Shown here piece after piece: positions 1 to 27,273 of a stretch of DNA of 64,000 bases. A model generated the notes under the pieces. That model had not been told where the DNA came from and did no database searches. It was given only the letters and a program-made list of their open reading frames with translations. A program made the position numbers and the translations under genes. This stretch comes from Bugula neritina (taxonomy: Eukaryota > Animalia > Bryozoa). The DNA lies in the NCBI GenBank assembly GCA_964035545.1, contig OZ037765.1:2852001-2916000 (forward strand), written 5' to 3'. How positions within the stretch are numbered: position 1 is the first letter of the stretch; the number at the start of each line of letters is the position of its first letter.

Positions 1-107
1 TATATAAGGAAACAAAAAAATATAACTTTTAATATTGCGATCAGTTACTTTTTGCTCATCAATTTATTTACTGAATAGTTTATTTAATTCCTATTTATAT
101 ACTGTAG

Positions 108-3100
108 AAAGAGGTAAATTAACACCTGGAGATGCTATCATAGTAGAAAGTGGTATTCTGAAACCAGCAAAAGAGAGAATAGTTACTGTGTCTGTACCTT
201 CACTAGTAAGTCAATATTTTTAGATCCCATTGATTTTGTACTATATTATTATATGATATATCTTATTTTGTACATAATATTTTTATATCAACTGATTTTA
301 GACTATAATATGATCTAGGGCTAATATACTGATCTTAGATAATTGTTGAGACTGTGTCAATACTTTTTGGTAAATTTTCTCAAACTTTAAATATCCTTCT
401 TTTTTAAAATTCTATTTGCATTGTCTTCGAACTTTTTTTCAAAGTGGTGCCTACATGCATGCATAAGTTTTGTTTCTGGTTTAAATAGAGCAATGAATTT
501 ATACTGATTGATTCTTGTGCTTTTTGACAATGTATATAAGTTTATTATAACTTTATGGAAAACTATCATCTTTAACATGTTCTCTGTAACAGGAAGCTGA
601 TGACTGTGTATCCAGTGTTACATTAGGTTATGAAAGTGGACAATTATCCAATCAGATGAAGACAGGACCATGGATTTTCACTAAACAGCAAGGTGTGACC
701 TTTGAACTGACTATTAAAGTAAAACTACAAGATGGACATGAGAATATAATATGGCAGGAAATATACACAACTAGTAAAAGTGAGGAGAATTTATCTCATG
801 TAATATTATATTAAATGCCATGAGGAGATAACTTAGCAGATTTTGTTATGTAGATTTTCATGGGAATTAAGGTAGCTTCACTATCTCTTGTATGAGTCGA
901 TGTGTTCATTATATCTAATCACGTATATGTGTATATGTATGTGTATATGTATGTGTATGTATGTGTGTATGTATGTGTGTATGTATGTGTGCATGTATGT
1001 ATGTGTATATATAATATATGTGTATGTATGTAGTTTATGTAATATGTGCATGCATGTGTTGTGCCAGGAATAACTTATTGAGTTGGATAGAAACAGGCAT
1101 GGAGCAACAATCTTAATCATTGATATTATTGTTCACTCTTTGTCTTGTATACTTTATCAAAATATCAAAATGGTTACATCCTGTAATAAAATATATTATA
1201 CATAAGTAACCTTCAAATAATATCAACAAAAACAAAAACTTCAAAATTATAATGACACTTGCAAACATCAGCTCCTTAGAACGTCTTCCTGGCAAGTGAA
1301 ACTACTAACGATTATAATACAAACAAATATAACTTAACAAAAAGCTAAAAAATGGCTGAATAAACTGCAAAAATCAAATTTCTATATACTTTTATTCAAA
1401 TACTGGGCAAACAGCCAGGCTTATCTCCCTAGAAAATTTGTATGTATGTATATGTGTGTATGTATGTATATGTGTGTATGTGTGTGTTTGTGTGTGTTTG
1501 TGTGTTGTGTATGTGTGCCTTTGTGTGCATGCATGTGTGCCTTTGTGTGTATGTATATATTTTATCTGTAGCACCCAACTCACCAGATGGACTTACAGTT
1601 GACACCAGAACTTCTACTTCAGTTACCATCTCCTGGTTTCCAGTAGTTTATACAGATAAGATCTACTCTATTCAACAGTACCAGGTGAGTAATAGATTAA
1701 AAGGCATCTTTTTAAATTAACTGTCAAATGTTACGCCCACTTGATATACTACATGCTCTGCAAGTTACCAAAGACACATTTGTATATTATCTTGTTGCAT
1801 CCTGGAGTATATATCCCCGTTACAAATTATGCCTATGATTTACATACACAGCGTCATTCATTTTTACGCTGTAACATACCCTGGGCATCTCAAACTTTTT
1901 AAAATAACCCTTAATAGAAACACTCAAAATTTTGGGTGAAAATTTTTTTCAACAGGGCAGTTTTTCATATGAATATATTTTATGATATGAGTAAATATAT
2001 ATGATATTTACTTCTATACTGTCTGAATATAAAATCACTGACTACAGGTAACATGCATCACAACTAACAACACCTTTAATGATAGTGTGACAGTAAACTC
2101 AGTGAGTTACTATAACACACCTGACTCTTCTACCACCTCTCTAACTATAGAATCACTCTATAGTCAAGTAAAATACAGCTGTACAGTTAAAGCTCTTCTG
2201 TCTGAGAATGAGTTTGGAGAAAGTTCTAGAGAAGTTGTGTTCTGGACTAAACCCGAAGGTAAATAGCTGTAGTCACAAAATTTTTAAAAAGATTTCTATG
2301 CATATACTGATTTGAGACTTGGAGCTTAAAAAATTGCAATAAATTTAAGCTTTTCTATTAAGCTTTTTAAACTTTAAACACTTAAATAATCTGAAACTTT
2401 TAGTTTGTTGTCAGAAGACGTTAAACATGTCAATAAAAAATGTAATTGCTTTATTTTAGAGCCAGCATTTGCTTTCAGCAGTGACAGTGAAGAAGAAATC
2501 ATTACAGTACCTCTACCAAACATCACATCATCTGATGATATTCTGAAAGGATATGACTCCATGGTTATTGTTGTTGAAAAGTTGTCATCCAGGAAAAAGA
2601 GATCCATTACTGTAGATAGCATAGACAATGTGACTGTTTATATAACAGCATCATTTCCTGTTACCAACTACCCATCCTCACTTAGTGTTGGTGATAACCA
2701 GATATATGGTGGTTACTGGAACAGACCTCTAGACAACCAATACTCTTATCACATTGCTGTAGGATTTAATGCTAAGACTGAAAATGATATTTTAAAACTT
2801 ACCACTATTCCTGGTGCAGAGTCTGTAAGATGTAAGTGTGTGGCTATGCATGGTACTAGAATGTCATTGCGAATTAGGAACTTTTAATAAGGGTTTACAT
2901 GAATTAAAGGTCGGTGTGCTCATTGTCTCTGTATATTCAATTAACACGAAGAGATCATTTACTTATCTGTATATACCTGATTGTATTATACAGTGACAGG
3001 AGCTCCTCCTAGTAGTGAAGATAACCAAGAGCATGTATCAACAACACAGAGAACAGGTGGGAAGCATCAGCTAGTATACTGTTTCTTTAATTTTAAATAC

Positions 3101-3646
3101 TCAAAAGCAGTAAACTTCTGACTGTGTTTTTCATTGTAAAAGCTTTAAACTTTGTTTGCTTAATTCTAATTGAGAAATGCCTGATGAGTTTTTTACAGCC
3201 ATAACATATATTAGTATATATATATTTGTTGTTTTAACAACTCAGTCTGGGTGGTTGGAGTAGCAGTTGGTGTTCCAATGGGTTTCATCATTATTCTACA
3301 AGCAGTGATTCTTATTGTGATGTTGGTGAGAAGATCTTCTGGTACTGAGTCTAAAGAGAAAAGAGCTCACCTTAATACTGAGTACGAAGAAGTGGGACTA
3401 ACACCTACATCTTTTAAGAATCAGGGTGCTACACAAGATGTACCAGCACAAAGTGCTGAGTATGAAGAAATGGGACTAGCACCTACATCTTCTAAGAATC
3501 AGGGTGGTACAGGAGACGTACCAGTACAAAGTGCTGAGTATGAGATAACAAGTCCCCAGGCTACATCAGATGATCATGTCTATGAGAAACTAATTAAACA
3601 GATGGAACAAGTCTGCTATGAAAATACTCCAACAATCAAAAATTAA
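108..3646 (+). CDS. Receptor copy A (5' part lies upstream of the window): beta domain - FN3 - LAR-type membrane-proximal domain - stalk - TM - Tyr-motif tail
   Basis: GT-AG exons with compatible phases: 108-205, 593-779, 1572-1684, 2048-2258, 2460-2831, 2994-3056, 3246-3646. FN3 pattern (PNSPDGLTV..TSTSVTISW...LYSQVKYSCTVKA); RKKR|S then YITASF...[16 protein letters not shown]; hydrophobic TM; tail with 5 Tyr. Exons are paralogous to copies B-D. Confidence 0.85.
921..1060. repeat. TG/TA-rich compound microsatellite
   Basis: Visible (TATG)n/(TG)n runs in a copy A intron. Confidence 0.9.
1440..1560. repeat. TG-rich microsatellite abutting the FN3 exon acceptor
   Basis: Visible runs ending ~10 nt before the AG at 1570-1571. 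Confidence 0.9.
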
Positions 3647-5015
3647 CAAAATTTAAAACTAGTTTAATGTACTGGCAAAACAACTTTTACTAATGATCTG
3701 GGAAATGCTCAGAAAAACAACTTCAAAAAGTATTTTAATAATCGTGCATGTATTATCTCGCTATAAGATGATGTGTTTGAATTATATGAAAAACTTGCAT
3801 TGCTGTGTTCATATTTTATTAACCTTTATCTTAAACCTCTTTTCAATGATATATTCTATATTATTTCAAATTATATATCTGAGCAGCATCCCCTAATTTA
3901 TAGAATTTATTATTTCCTGTTGGTTTTATGTATAATTCATATTCATTATATTAGCTTAATGAGCTTGCATTATTTTTAGTTGCTATTTTTATTACAATAT
4001 AATATTAGCCTATATCTTTATTACTAATTCAGCTATCAAACAACTTCTTATTGCATGAATATTTTTTTGAAAAATATATTCAATATTATGTATATAGTTT
4101 AAGAATGAATACAATGCGCTAATTAAGTAGACAAACTTGAGACGCCATTTTTAGCAGAAGAGTTAGAAAGTCAAAGTAGGAGCTGATCACAGATTGATAA
4201 CAGAAAAAAGAAAACTCGATTTCAAGCTACGTTACAAAAATTGATATTTGACAATTAGCTTTAACTGACAGTAGCTTTATAATTCAAAGCCATGATATCT
4301 GTGCACTCACAAAAATACAGCAGTGAGAGATTTTTAGTATAAAATACATATATATCTACATAATGTATTTTTAATTGAAGATATCTTTAATTATTTGAAG
4401 CTATAGAAAGTCAGCACAAAAAAACTCTGGAGTGCATTCTTGTAGTTCAAGTTGTTTTTTTCTCGATGGCAAATTTTCTTTTGCATGTATAGGTTAGAAG
4501 ATTTTCTTTATTGAGTTGAATAAGAATAACTAAAACTTGGGTCCATATATCAGTGAGATATAAATAAGGTTTAGTCACATAACTTAAACAAGCCGCCATT
4601 CAAATTCCGTCATATAATAATATGTTACAATAATAAATTACCTAGAGATTAAATATAGCTTTTCAAATCAATTGGAACTATATTGCAAGATCTTTTTATG
4701 AGTAGACTCTACTATAATTTTAGACTTATAATTAAAGCTTTTTTGCCAAAATAATTACATGCGTTAATACTGACTGAGCTTGCTGCAACTTGGAATTTAT
4801 GTATGCTAAACAAAAAAACGCTAAGTAAATTAGTTTTATTTTTGAACAGTATAAATGTCAATTCTACAAAAAAAAAATTTGCAAATATAAGAATAAAGGG
4901 TTAGCAAAAAATTGTATACAATACTTTTTGACCAAATACAAGATAATACGTTTAAGCCTAAACAATAAATATGAAAACAATTTTATTTGATTAAGCAACT
5001 TTATTTGATTATAAT

Positions 5016-5340
5016 TGTAGTGAAATTAGCGCTAGTTTGCTAAGCTATTTTAGCAACACTAAGAAAAGCTTTCTACAGCACAGCCAGTGCTAACTCTGGC
5101 ACTTGGCAATAGGTGGTGCTATAGTGAACTGTGTAATTTTAAGAGAGCAAAATAAGTAAGTTATTTACATTAATTATATTGTTTCGTTTTTTGTTTATTG
5201 TTTATTTATGTTTGTCCTGATCATGTAAGTTTGAATTGCAATAATTGTAGTCTTGACTATGTCAATAGAAGTATAATAAAACATAATAAAGGACATCAGT
5301 GAAGAGTTATTGCTCAACTCAAAGCCTAGTTCACTATACA
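5016..5340. mobile_element. Probable solo LTR (325 bp)
   Basis: TGTAGTGAA...TTCACTATACA termini and 5-bp TSD ATAAT (5011-5015, 5341-5345). The paralogous region downstream of copy C (~28775) shows the empty site with a single ATAAT. Confidence 0.75.
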
Positions 5341-5559
5341 ATAATGAGCCTTCAAAATATTGACTATAGTCACGGGAAAAATTAAATTTCAATTTTTTTT
5401 CCCAAGCATAATAAATATAGTCGTGTAAGATTTTTTTAAATAAAAAAATATATATGTATCATTAACAATCTGAACACACTACATTATATTAGCTCTGTCA
5501 CCCGTGATATCGAGCACTTTACTTTGCTGGAACTCCAACTAGATTGACAATCAGCATAC

Positions 5560-6139
<580 letters not shown>

Positions 6140-6168
6140 GATTATGTATCTATATATTATATCTGTAG

Positions 6169-8114
6169 CACCCAACTCACCAGATGGAGTGACAGTTGAT
6201 ACCAGAACTTCTACTTCAGTTACCCTCTCCTGGTTTCCAGTAGTTTATACAGATAAGATCTACTCTATTCAACAGTACCAGGTGGGTGCTAGAGCAAGAT
6301 AGGTAGTCAGCTTTTTAAAATTGCTGTCAAATGTAACGTCAAATTGTTATACTCTTTATGTGTTTGTCCATCCCTTGCAAGTTACCAGACAGACTTATAC
6401 ATGCATGTAAACTATAAGCATAACTTATTGTAAAGATTATAATCGAGAATTAAACAAAATAATATGTACATGTATAAATTATCTTGTTTACTTCTTGATT
6501 ATCACGCTGTAAGATACCTTGTGCGCATCTCAATTTTTTCAAAATTAACCCTTAGTGAAAAACACTAAATATTTTAGATGACATAATGTGCCTCAACGTA
6601 AGGCATTTTCCCATATGAATATATTCCATAATATAAGTAAATAGAGATGATATTTACTTTTATACTGTCTGAATATACAATCTCTGCTTACAGGTAACAT
6701 GCATCACAACCAACAACACCTTTAATGATGGTGTGACAGTAAACTCAGTGAGTTACTATAACACATCTGACTCTTCTACCACCTCTCTAACTATAGAATC
6801 ACTCTATAGTCAAGTAGAATACAGCTGTACAGTTAAAGCTCTTCTGTCCGAAATTGAGTTTGGAGAAAGTTCTAGAGAAGTTGTGTTCTGGACTAAACCC
6901 GAAGGTAAATGATTTTAAATTAACCCAGCAGTAAAAACATTTCAATGCAGTTTCCTGCAACTTTTGGCCCAATACATTTAGGTTTTGAAAACATAATAAA
7001 TAGTCTACAAAAACATTAGTTACTTGGGTGAAGATGCCATTAGTTAACAATGTAACCAATAAACAATGTGTTATTTTAGAGCCAGTGTTGACATACAGCA
7101 ATGATGGCAATACTAATATAGTCTGTCCAGGGGAGGAAATCATCACAGTACCTCTACCAAGCATTACTTCATCTGCTGATACTCTGAAAGGATATGACTC
7201 CATGGTTATTGTTGTTGAAAAGTTGTCATCCAGGAAAAAGAGATCCATTACTGTAGATAGCATAGACAATGTAACTGTTTATATAACAGCATCATTTCCT
7301 GTTACCAACTACCCATCCTCACTTAGTGTTGGTAATAACCAGATATATGGTGGTTACTGGAACAGACCTCTAGACAACCAATACTCATATCATATTGCTG
7401 TAGGATTCAAAGCTAAGACTGAAGATGATGTTTTAAAGCTCACGACTATTCCTGGTGCAGAGTCTGTCAGATGTAAGTGTGTAGCTAATTATAAGCATGG
7501 TACTAGACTTTCATTGTGTATTCAGAGTTGTTATTAAGGTTTTATATGAATTAGAGATCAGTGTGCTCACTTGTCGTGTATATTAATTGAGATAGCACGA
7601 AAAGATCATTTACTCATGATTCTATTATACAGTGAGAGGAGCTCCTCCTAGCAGTGAAGATAACCAGGATATAAGTGTATCAACAACACATAGAGCAGGT
7701 AGTATGGAAGGCATCAGTATACTATTCAGTTAGTTTTTTGGTATTTAAAAGCAGTAAACTTGTAACAGTATAATTATTTAGTTTGCCTAATTCTAATTGA
7801 AACGTGCCTGATGAGTTTTCGCAGCAATAATATATATGTGTGTGCGTGTGTGTGCGTGTGTGTGTGTGTGTGCGTGTGTGCGTGTGTGTGTGTGTGCGTG
7901 TGTGCGTATGTGCGTGTCTGCGTGTGTGCCTGTGTGTGTGTGCGTGTGCGCGTGTCTGCATGTGTGCGTGTGTGCATGTGTGAGTGTGTGCGTGTGTGCG
8001 TGTGTGCGTGTGTGTGTGTGTGCGTGTGTGCTTGTGTGTGTGTGAGTGTGTGGGTGTGTCAGTAGGTATGTGTGTGGGTATGTGTGTGTGTGTGTGTGCG
8101 TGTGTGCGTGTGTG

Positions 8115-8151
<37 letters not shown>

Positions 8152-9294
8152 GTGCGTGTGTGAGTGTGTGCGTGTGTGTGTGTGTGTGTGGGTGTGTGGG
8201 TGTGTCAGTAGGTATGTGTGTGGGTATGTGTGTGTCAGTAGGTATTGTGACAGCTGATACTGGTTACTGTATCAGCTGATGATTGTTGCTGCGTCAGCAC
8301 AGATGCTGTTTGGCACGGGTGCCCATGTATTGTGATTCACTTAATAAAGGGTGAATGGATGGAGAACACAGATGCAGGCCACAACTCTGGATGGAGAACA
8401 CAGATGCAGGCCACAACTCTATTTTTGTCTATTGCCAACAGTATATTTTCTAAGTTAGACTTCATTCATACTTAGACTCATACTCATACTTGTACTCATA
8501 CTTGTACTCATACTTGTACTCATACTTGTACTCATACTTGTACTCGTATTTTACTTGTACTGTAACAATTATTTTGACAATTAAGTATAGATTGCCTGCA
8601 TCTTTAGCAGAAGGAAAATTGAGCTACACTCACTCATCTACCAAAAACTGTCAGTAAATAGCTATTGCGAAAGCTTTCACAAATAGCTTTCGTTACACAA
8701 TAATTTTTGGAAAGCTGCCAAAAAGCTACTGCAACAGGTATGTGTGTGGGTATGTGTCTGTGTGTGTGCTGTTTCCTGCTATACCCTAACAGGGAACAGC
8801 GGAGATAGGTGAGAACATGTGAGAAGTGATATATATTTGCTATTTTAGCAGCAGGCTGGGTGGTTGAAGTAGCAGTTGGTGTTCCTATTGGTTTCATCGT
8901 CATTATACTAGTAGTCATTCTTATTGTGGTGTTGGTGAGAAGATCTTCTGGTACCGAGTCTGAACAGAATAGAGCACAGCCGAGTTCTGAATATGAAGAA
9001 GTGGGACTGACACCTACATCTTCTAAGAATCAGTGTGGTACACAAGATGTACCGGTACAAAGTGCCAAGTCTGGAGAGAACAGAACTCAGTCTAATCATG
9101 AATATGAAGAAGTAGGACTGCCACCTACATCTTCTAAGAATCAGGGTGGTACACAAGATGCACCAGTACAAAGTGCTGAGTATGAGACAACAAGTCCTCA
9201 GACTACATTAGATGACCATGTCTATGAGAAAGTAACTAAACAGATGGAACAAGTCTGCTATGAAAATACTTCAATCATCCGAAACAAAGTTTAA
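6169..9294 (+). CDS. Receptor copy B: 3' module only (FN3 - LAR-type domain - stalk - TM - Tyr tail); no upstream exons found
   Basis: Open exons 6169-6281, 6694-6904, 7080-7472, 7633-7698, 8849-9294 with intact splice sites. No signal or PAN exons found between 3646 and 6169. Confidence 0.75.
7830..8240. repeat. (TG/CG)n compound microsatellite
   Basis: Directly visible in the last intron of copy B. Confidence 0.92.
8246..8736. mobile_element. Probable solo LTR (491 bp)
   Basis: TGTGACAGC...CTGCAACA termini and 5-bp TSD GGTAT (8241-8245, 8737-8741); internal 33-bp duplication and 12-bp TACTCATACTTG tandem; homologous in reverse orientation to 38832-39149. Confidence 0.75.
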
Positions 9295-11455
9295 ACTAGT
9301 TTAACAAACAGTGGTCAAGCAACTTTCGCTATTGATATGAAAATATTTTATAAAAATTCTTAGGTTAATTGTGTATATATATGCTATAGTGCTAAATTGT
9401 ATGGAAAATTACATTGCCAAGTTAACATTTGGTTAATATAAATTATTTATCTTAAAGTGCTATTCAATAACATATTCAGATTTAACACTACCTGTTATTT
9501 CAACTATTATATATCTAAGCTGCAATTGCTTTATATAGGACTATATTTTCTGTTTTTTGTGCGTGGAGATTGTGTATATTGTTTATATTCAAAGAGTGAA
9601 AAATTGTTTCGCTACCAACTATATATAGCAGCTAATGTAGAAAACTTTATGATCTGTTTGAGTTGTAATAAAACTTACATATAATGTATAATTCCAATAA
9701 CATAATGTAATATATTCTACTGTAATATTTCCTTTGCATGACATTTGGATATCATAGTTTCTTTTATTGCATTAAATTTAGTATTCAAACAGCTGCAAGA
9801 ATTGCTTATATTATTGTTGGCAGCATTTAAAACATAATCAAACTATAATACTCATATTATATATAAATGCAACATACTTTAACAAAAAATGTGTCACTAT
9901 TTGTGTAGCATGTCACAGAAAGTTTGCCACAAAGACAGTCACTACGTGCACTCTAAGTAACTTTATGTAGTTACTAATCTACAAACACTAAAAGCTTGAA
10001 AATAAAATAAACTTAGCACATGCATAAACGGAATAATTATGCTATTTCAAATAAGATTTATTTATATTAAGTATTGCAGTTTAACGCAGTTTATAGTGAA
10101 TTAGGCAATATAAAACACAACACACAGATGTATCTTGACTAATCATATAGTTAGCCTTGAGACAGCCACTTATGGCAGCAGAGTGTGAGGGCCAAAGTAT
10201 AGCTGACAGAAAAATAAAGTTTAGCATACTAGCTGCTAAAAAGAATTATTAAATTTGCTTAACTGGTTACTTTTTAAACGCATGATTGGTTTGCAGCCAT
10301 CTTAGTGGTATGACATCAATGCTAATGTTATCCTTGGCCTTCTAGAAAAAAAATATTTTAAGTTTATTGGAAAATTAAATTTAATTTCTGACTGAAAATT
10401 GCGTAGGTGTAAACGAAAATTAACAGTAAGTATTTATTCTGCTTTATTCATAAGTTTGCTTTTTTATAGCAATATTCATTAATTAAATTTCATTTTCTTC
10501 ACCTAATTTGTGCAATTGGTAACTTGAAAAGCTACATCTGAAATTTTTAAACTATGTTTATTAATACAAGATGCTTACTTTATTTTATTTTTTGTTAAGC
10601 ATAACTACTTTACTTTAACAATTTGTATTCAGCTGACACAGTTCTACTGACAGTGAAAATTTGCTAATGCCTACCATAAAAGAAGTACTTGCTGGCAAAC
10701 CTTGTGTAGAGTTATTTTCTCTTAGCAATCAAAAACACTCTTGCTTCTGAGGCCACATTCGAAAGTCTTCAATTACTATAATTATACGCAATTATTGGTT
10801 CTTCTGTCACTATAAAGTAAACATTCCTGCATAAAGATCTCAGAAGATCATAGAACTTGACCAATTTCCTTCATTGTACTTGGTGATTGAGTATCTAAAA
10901 GTATTCAGAATAAATATTAGCATTAGTTTAAATTTTTCAACAGTTTTAGTACTATTTTTCATTTTTTCGATATACTGCTGTTTTATTTTTATAGTTTTAG
11001 AAGTTATTCTCTTAACCTGTTGTGATATCTTAGCATGCTGAGATTATATATAGAATTTAGCTGTTGAAATTAGTTTTCTATAAATTTAGTTGTTGTTTTT
11101 TTCGTCCACCACGCAGTTTAAAAATAAATGCATATTAAGAGCTTTTGTTCGAATTAGCTACCCTACGGTTTACAATGCATAGTACTTTAGTATCTAGTCT
11201 AAATATATTTGTACACATATAGGTAAGTATAGGTTTCTATAGCTAAGCTGTTATAGCTACATTCATTTAAACATATTATATAGGAGGCAATATTTCTATT
11301 AATTTCTCTGAGCACAATGGATATATAGTTCGCATATAAATTGGAAGCAAATATACAAAAAATAAACAAGTTTTTGACTTATAAGTGAAAGACTTTAATA
11401 ACCAATACAGAACAAAATAAAATAATTCAGGTATTTAAACTCTTACTTTCCTGAA

Positions 11456-11625
11456 GCAACCGTGGTCTAGGGGTTAGAGTTTTTGGCTGGTAAACATGAC
11501 GTCATGCATGGGTTTGAGCCCTGACAAAGGCCATTGGTGACGTTAAAAGCAATTGCTCCTGTGATTCATTTAAATAAATCCTTAGCCCGCTTTAACAAAA
11601 ACCCTTACCACTAGGGTTTTTTACA
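11456..11625 (+). mobile_element. tRNA-derived SINE (degenerate copy)
   Basis: A-box TGGTCTAGGGG and degenerate B-box GGTTTGAGCCC; body matches 54477-54664. Confidence 0.7.
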
Positions 11626-12555
11626 TGGATATAGGCACTATAAACCTGCGTGACTATTTTCCTGGATGAAAACAACTGACAGCAATTTATTCTGCATAGC
11701 ATATTCACCCGATGTTTTCACTCTGTCACACTTATAGTCAGTGTCTTTTATAAATATTCATTATACTTTGAGTTGAACATAGCTTCTTTTTTCAGACAAT
11801 AGCTCTAAAAATGCAAAGTAGGAGATAGTTATATGGTTTACAGACTACTGGTTGCAGCTAACCCATGTTCAACCATGCATGTACTAATTCTTTTTTCGTA
11901 TTTTAGCTTTTATAATGTAAATCATAAAATATTAACTTGAGAGTATCAAACATTGTGCATTATTATGTCTAATAAATTATTAACCTTTCAGAAGTAGCCA
12001 ACAATAAAAAATTCATAGCTTCATTCAAATTGAAAGAGCCATTTTCAATTTGGCATCTAAGGATAGTTCATGCATAAAATTAAACTGAAAAATGCATACA
12101 GTTCAATATACATATCTCCATATCTCCATATGATAAAATATGTTTTTCAAGTAGAAAAACAGATATCTTTGGTAAAAAATTTAATTTGCTTTTAACGCTC
12201 CAGTAATACAAAAATAGCATTTTTAAAAAAATGTCTATACTAGTTCAAATTGACACATTCTTTCATTGAAAAACTATCTACAAGTGAAGATAAAATGTTG
12301 CTTTTTTGCTGGCAGTCATGATTTAAACAGAGATATATGAGCCTATAAAATATATTCAGGGACACTATTTCATGGCTTATCATTTTAGCTATTCAGTTTT
12401 AGGTTTTGACCTTTCGAACTTCCTCATAGTAGGAGAGTTATATAATGAATAATTTTTACTTTTTCTGCTATAAATATAACTCTCTTTGGTACATGCAACT
12501 TCACTTTATACTGAACACTATTATAATGTCTGTGTGTAGGCATCGCTAACTTCAT

Positions 12556-27273
<14,718 letters not shown>

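Noticed and set aside
2405-3646. Calling the genes receptor tyrosine phosphatases (LAR/PTPR)
   Set aside because: Only the juxtamembrane ectodomain module resembles RPTPs; every copy stops after a short tail and no PTP motif was seen.
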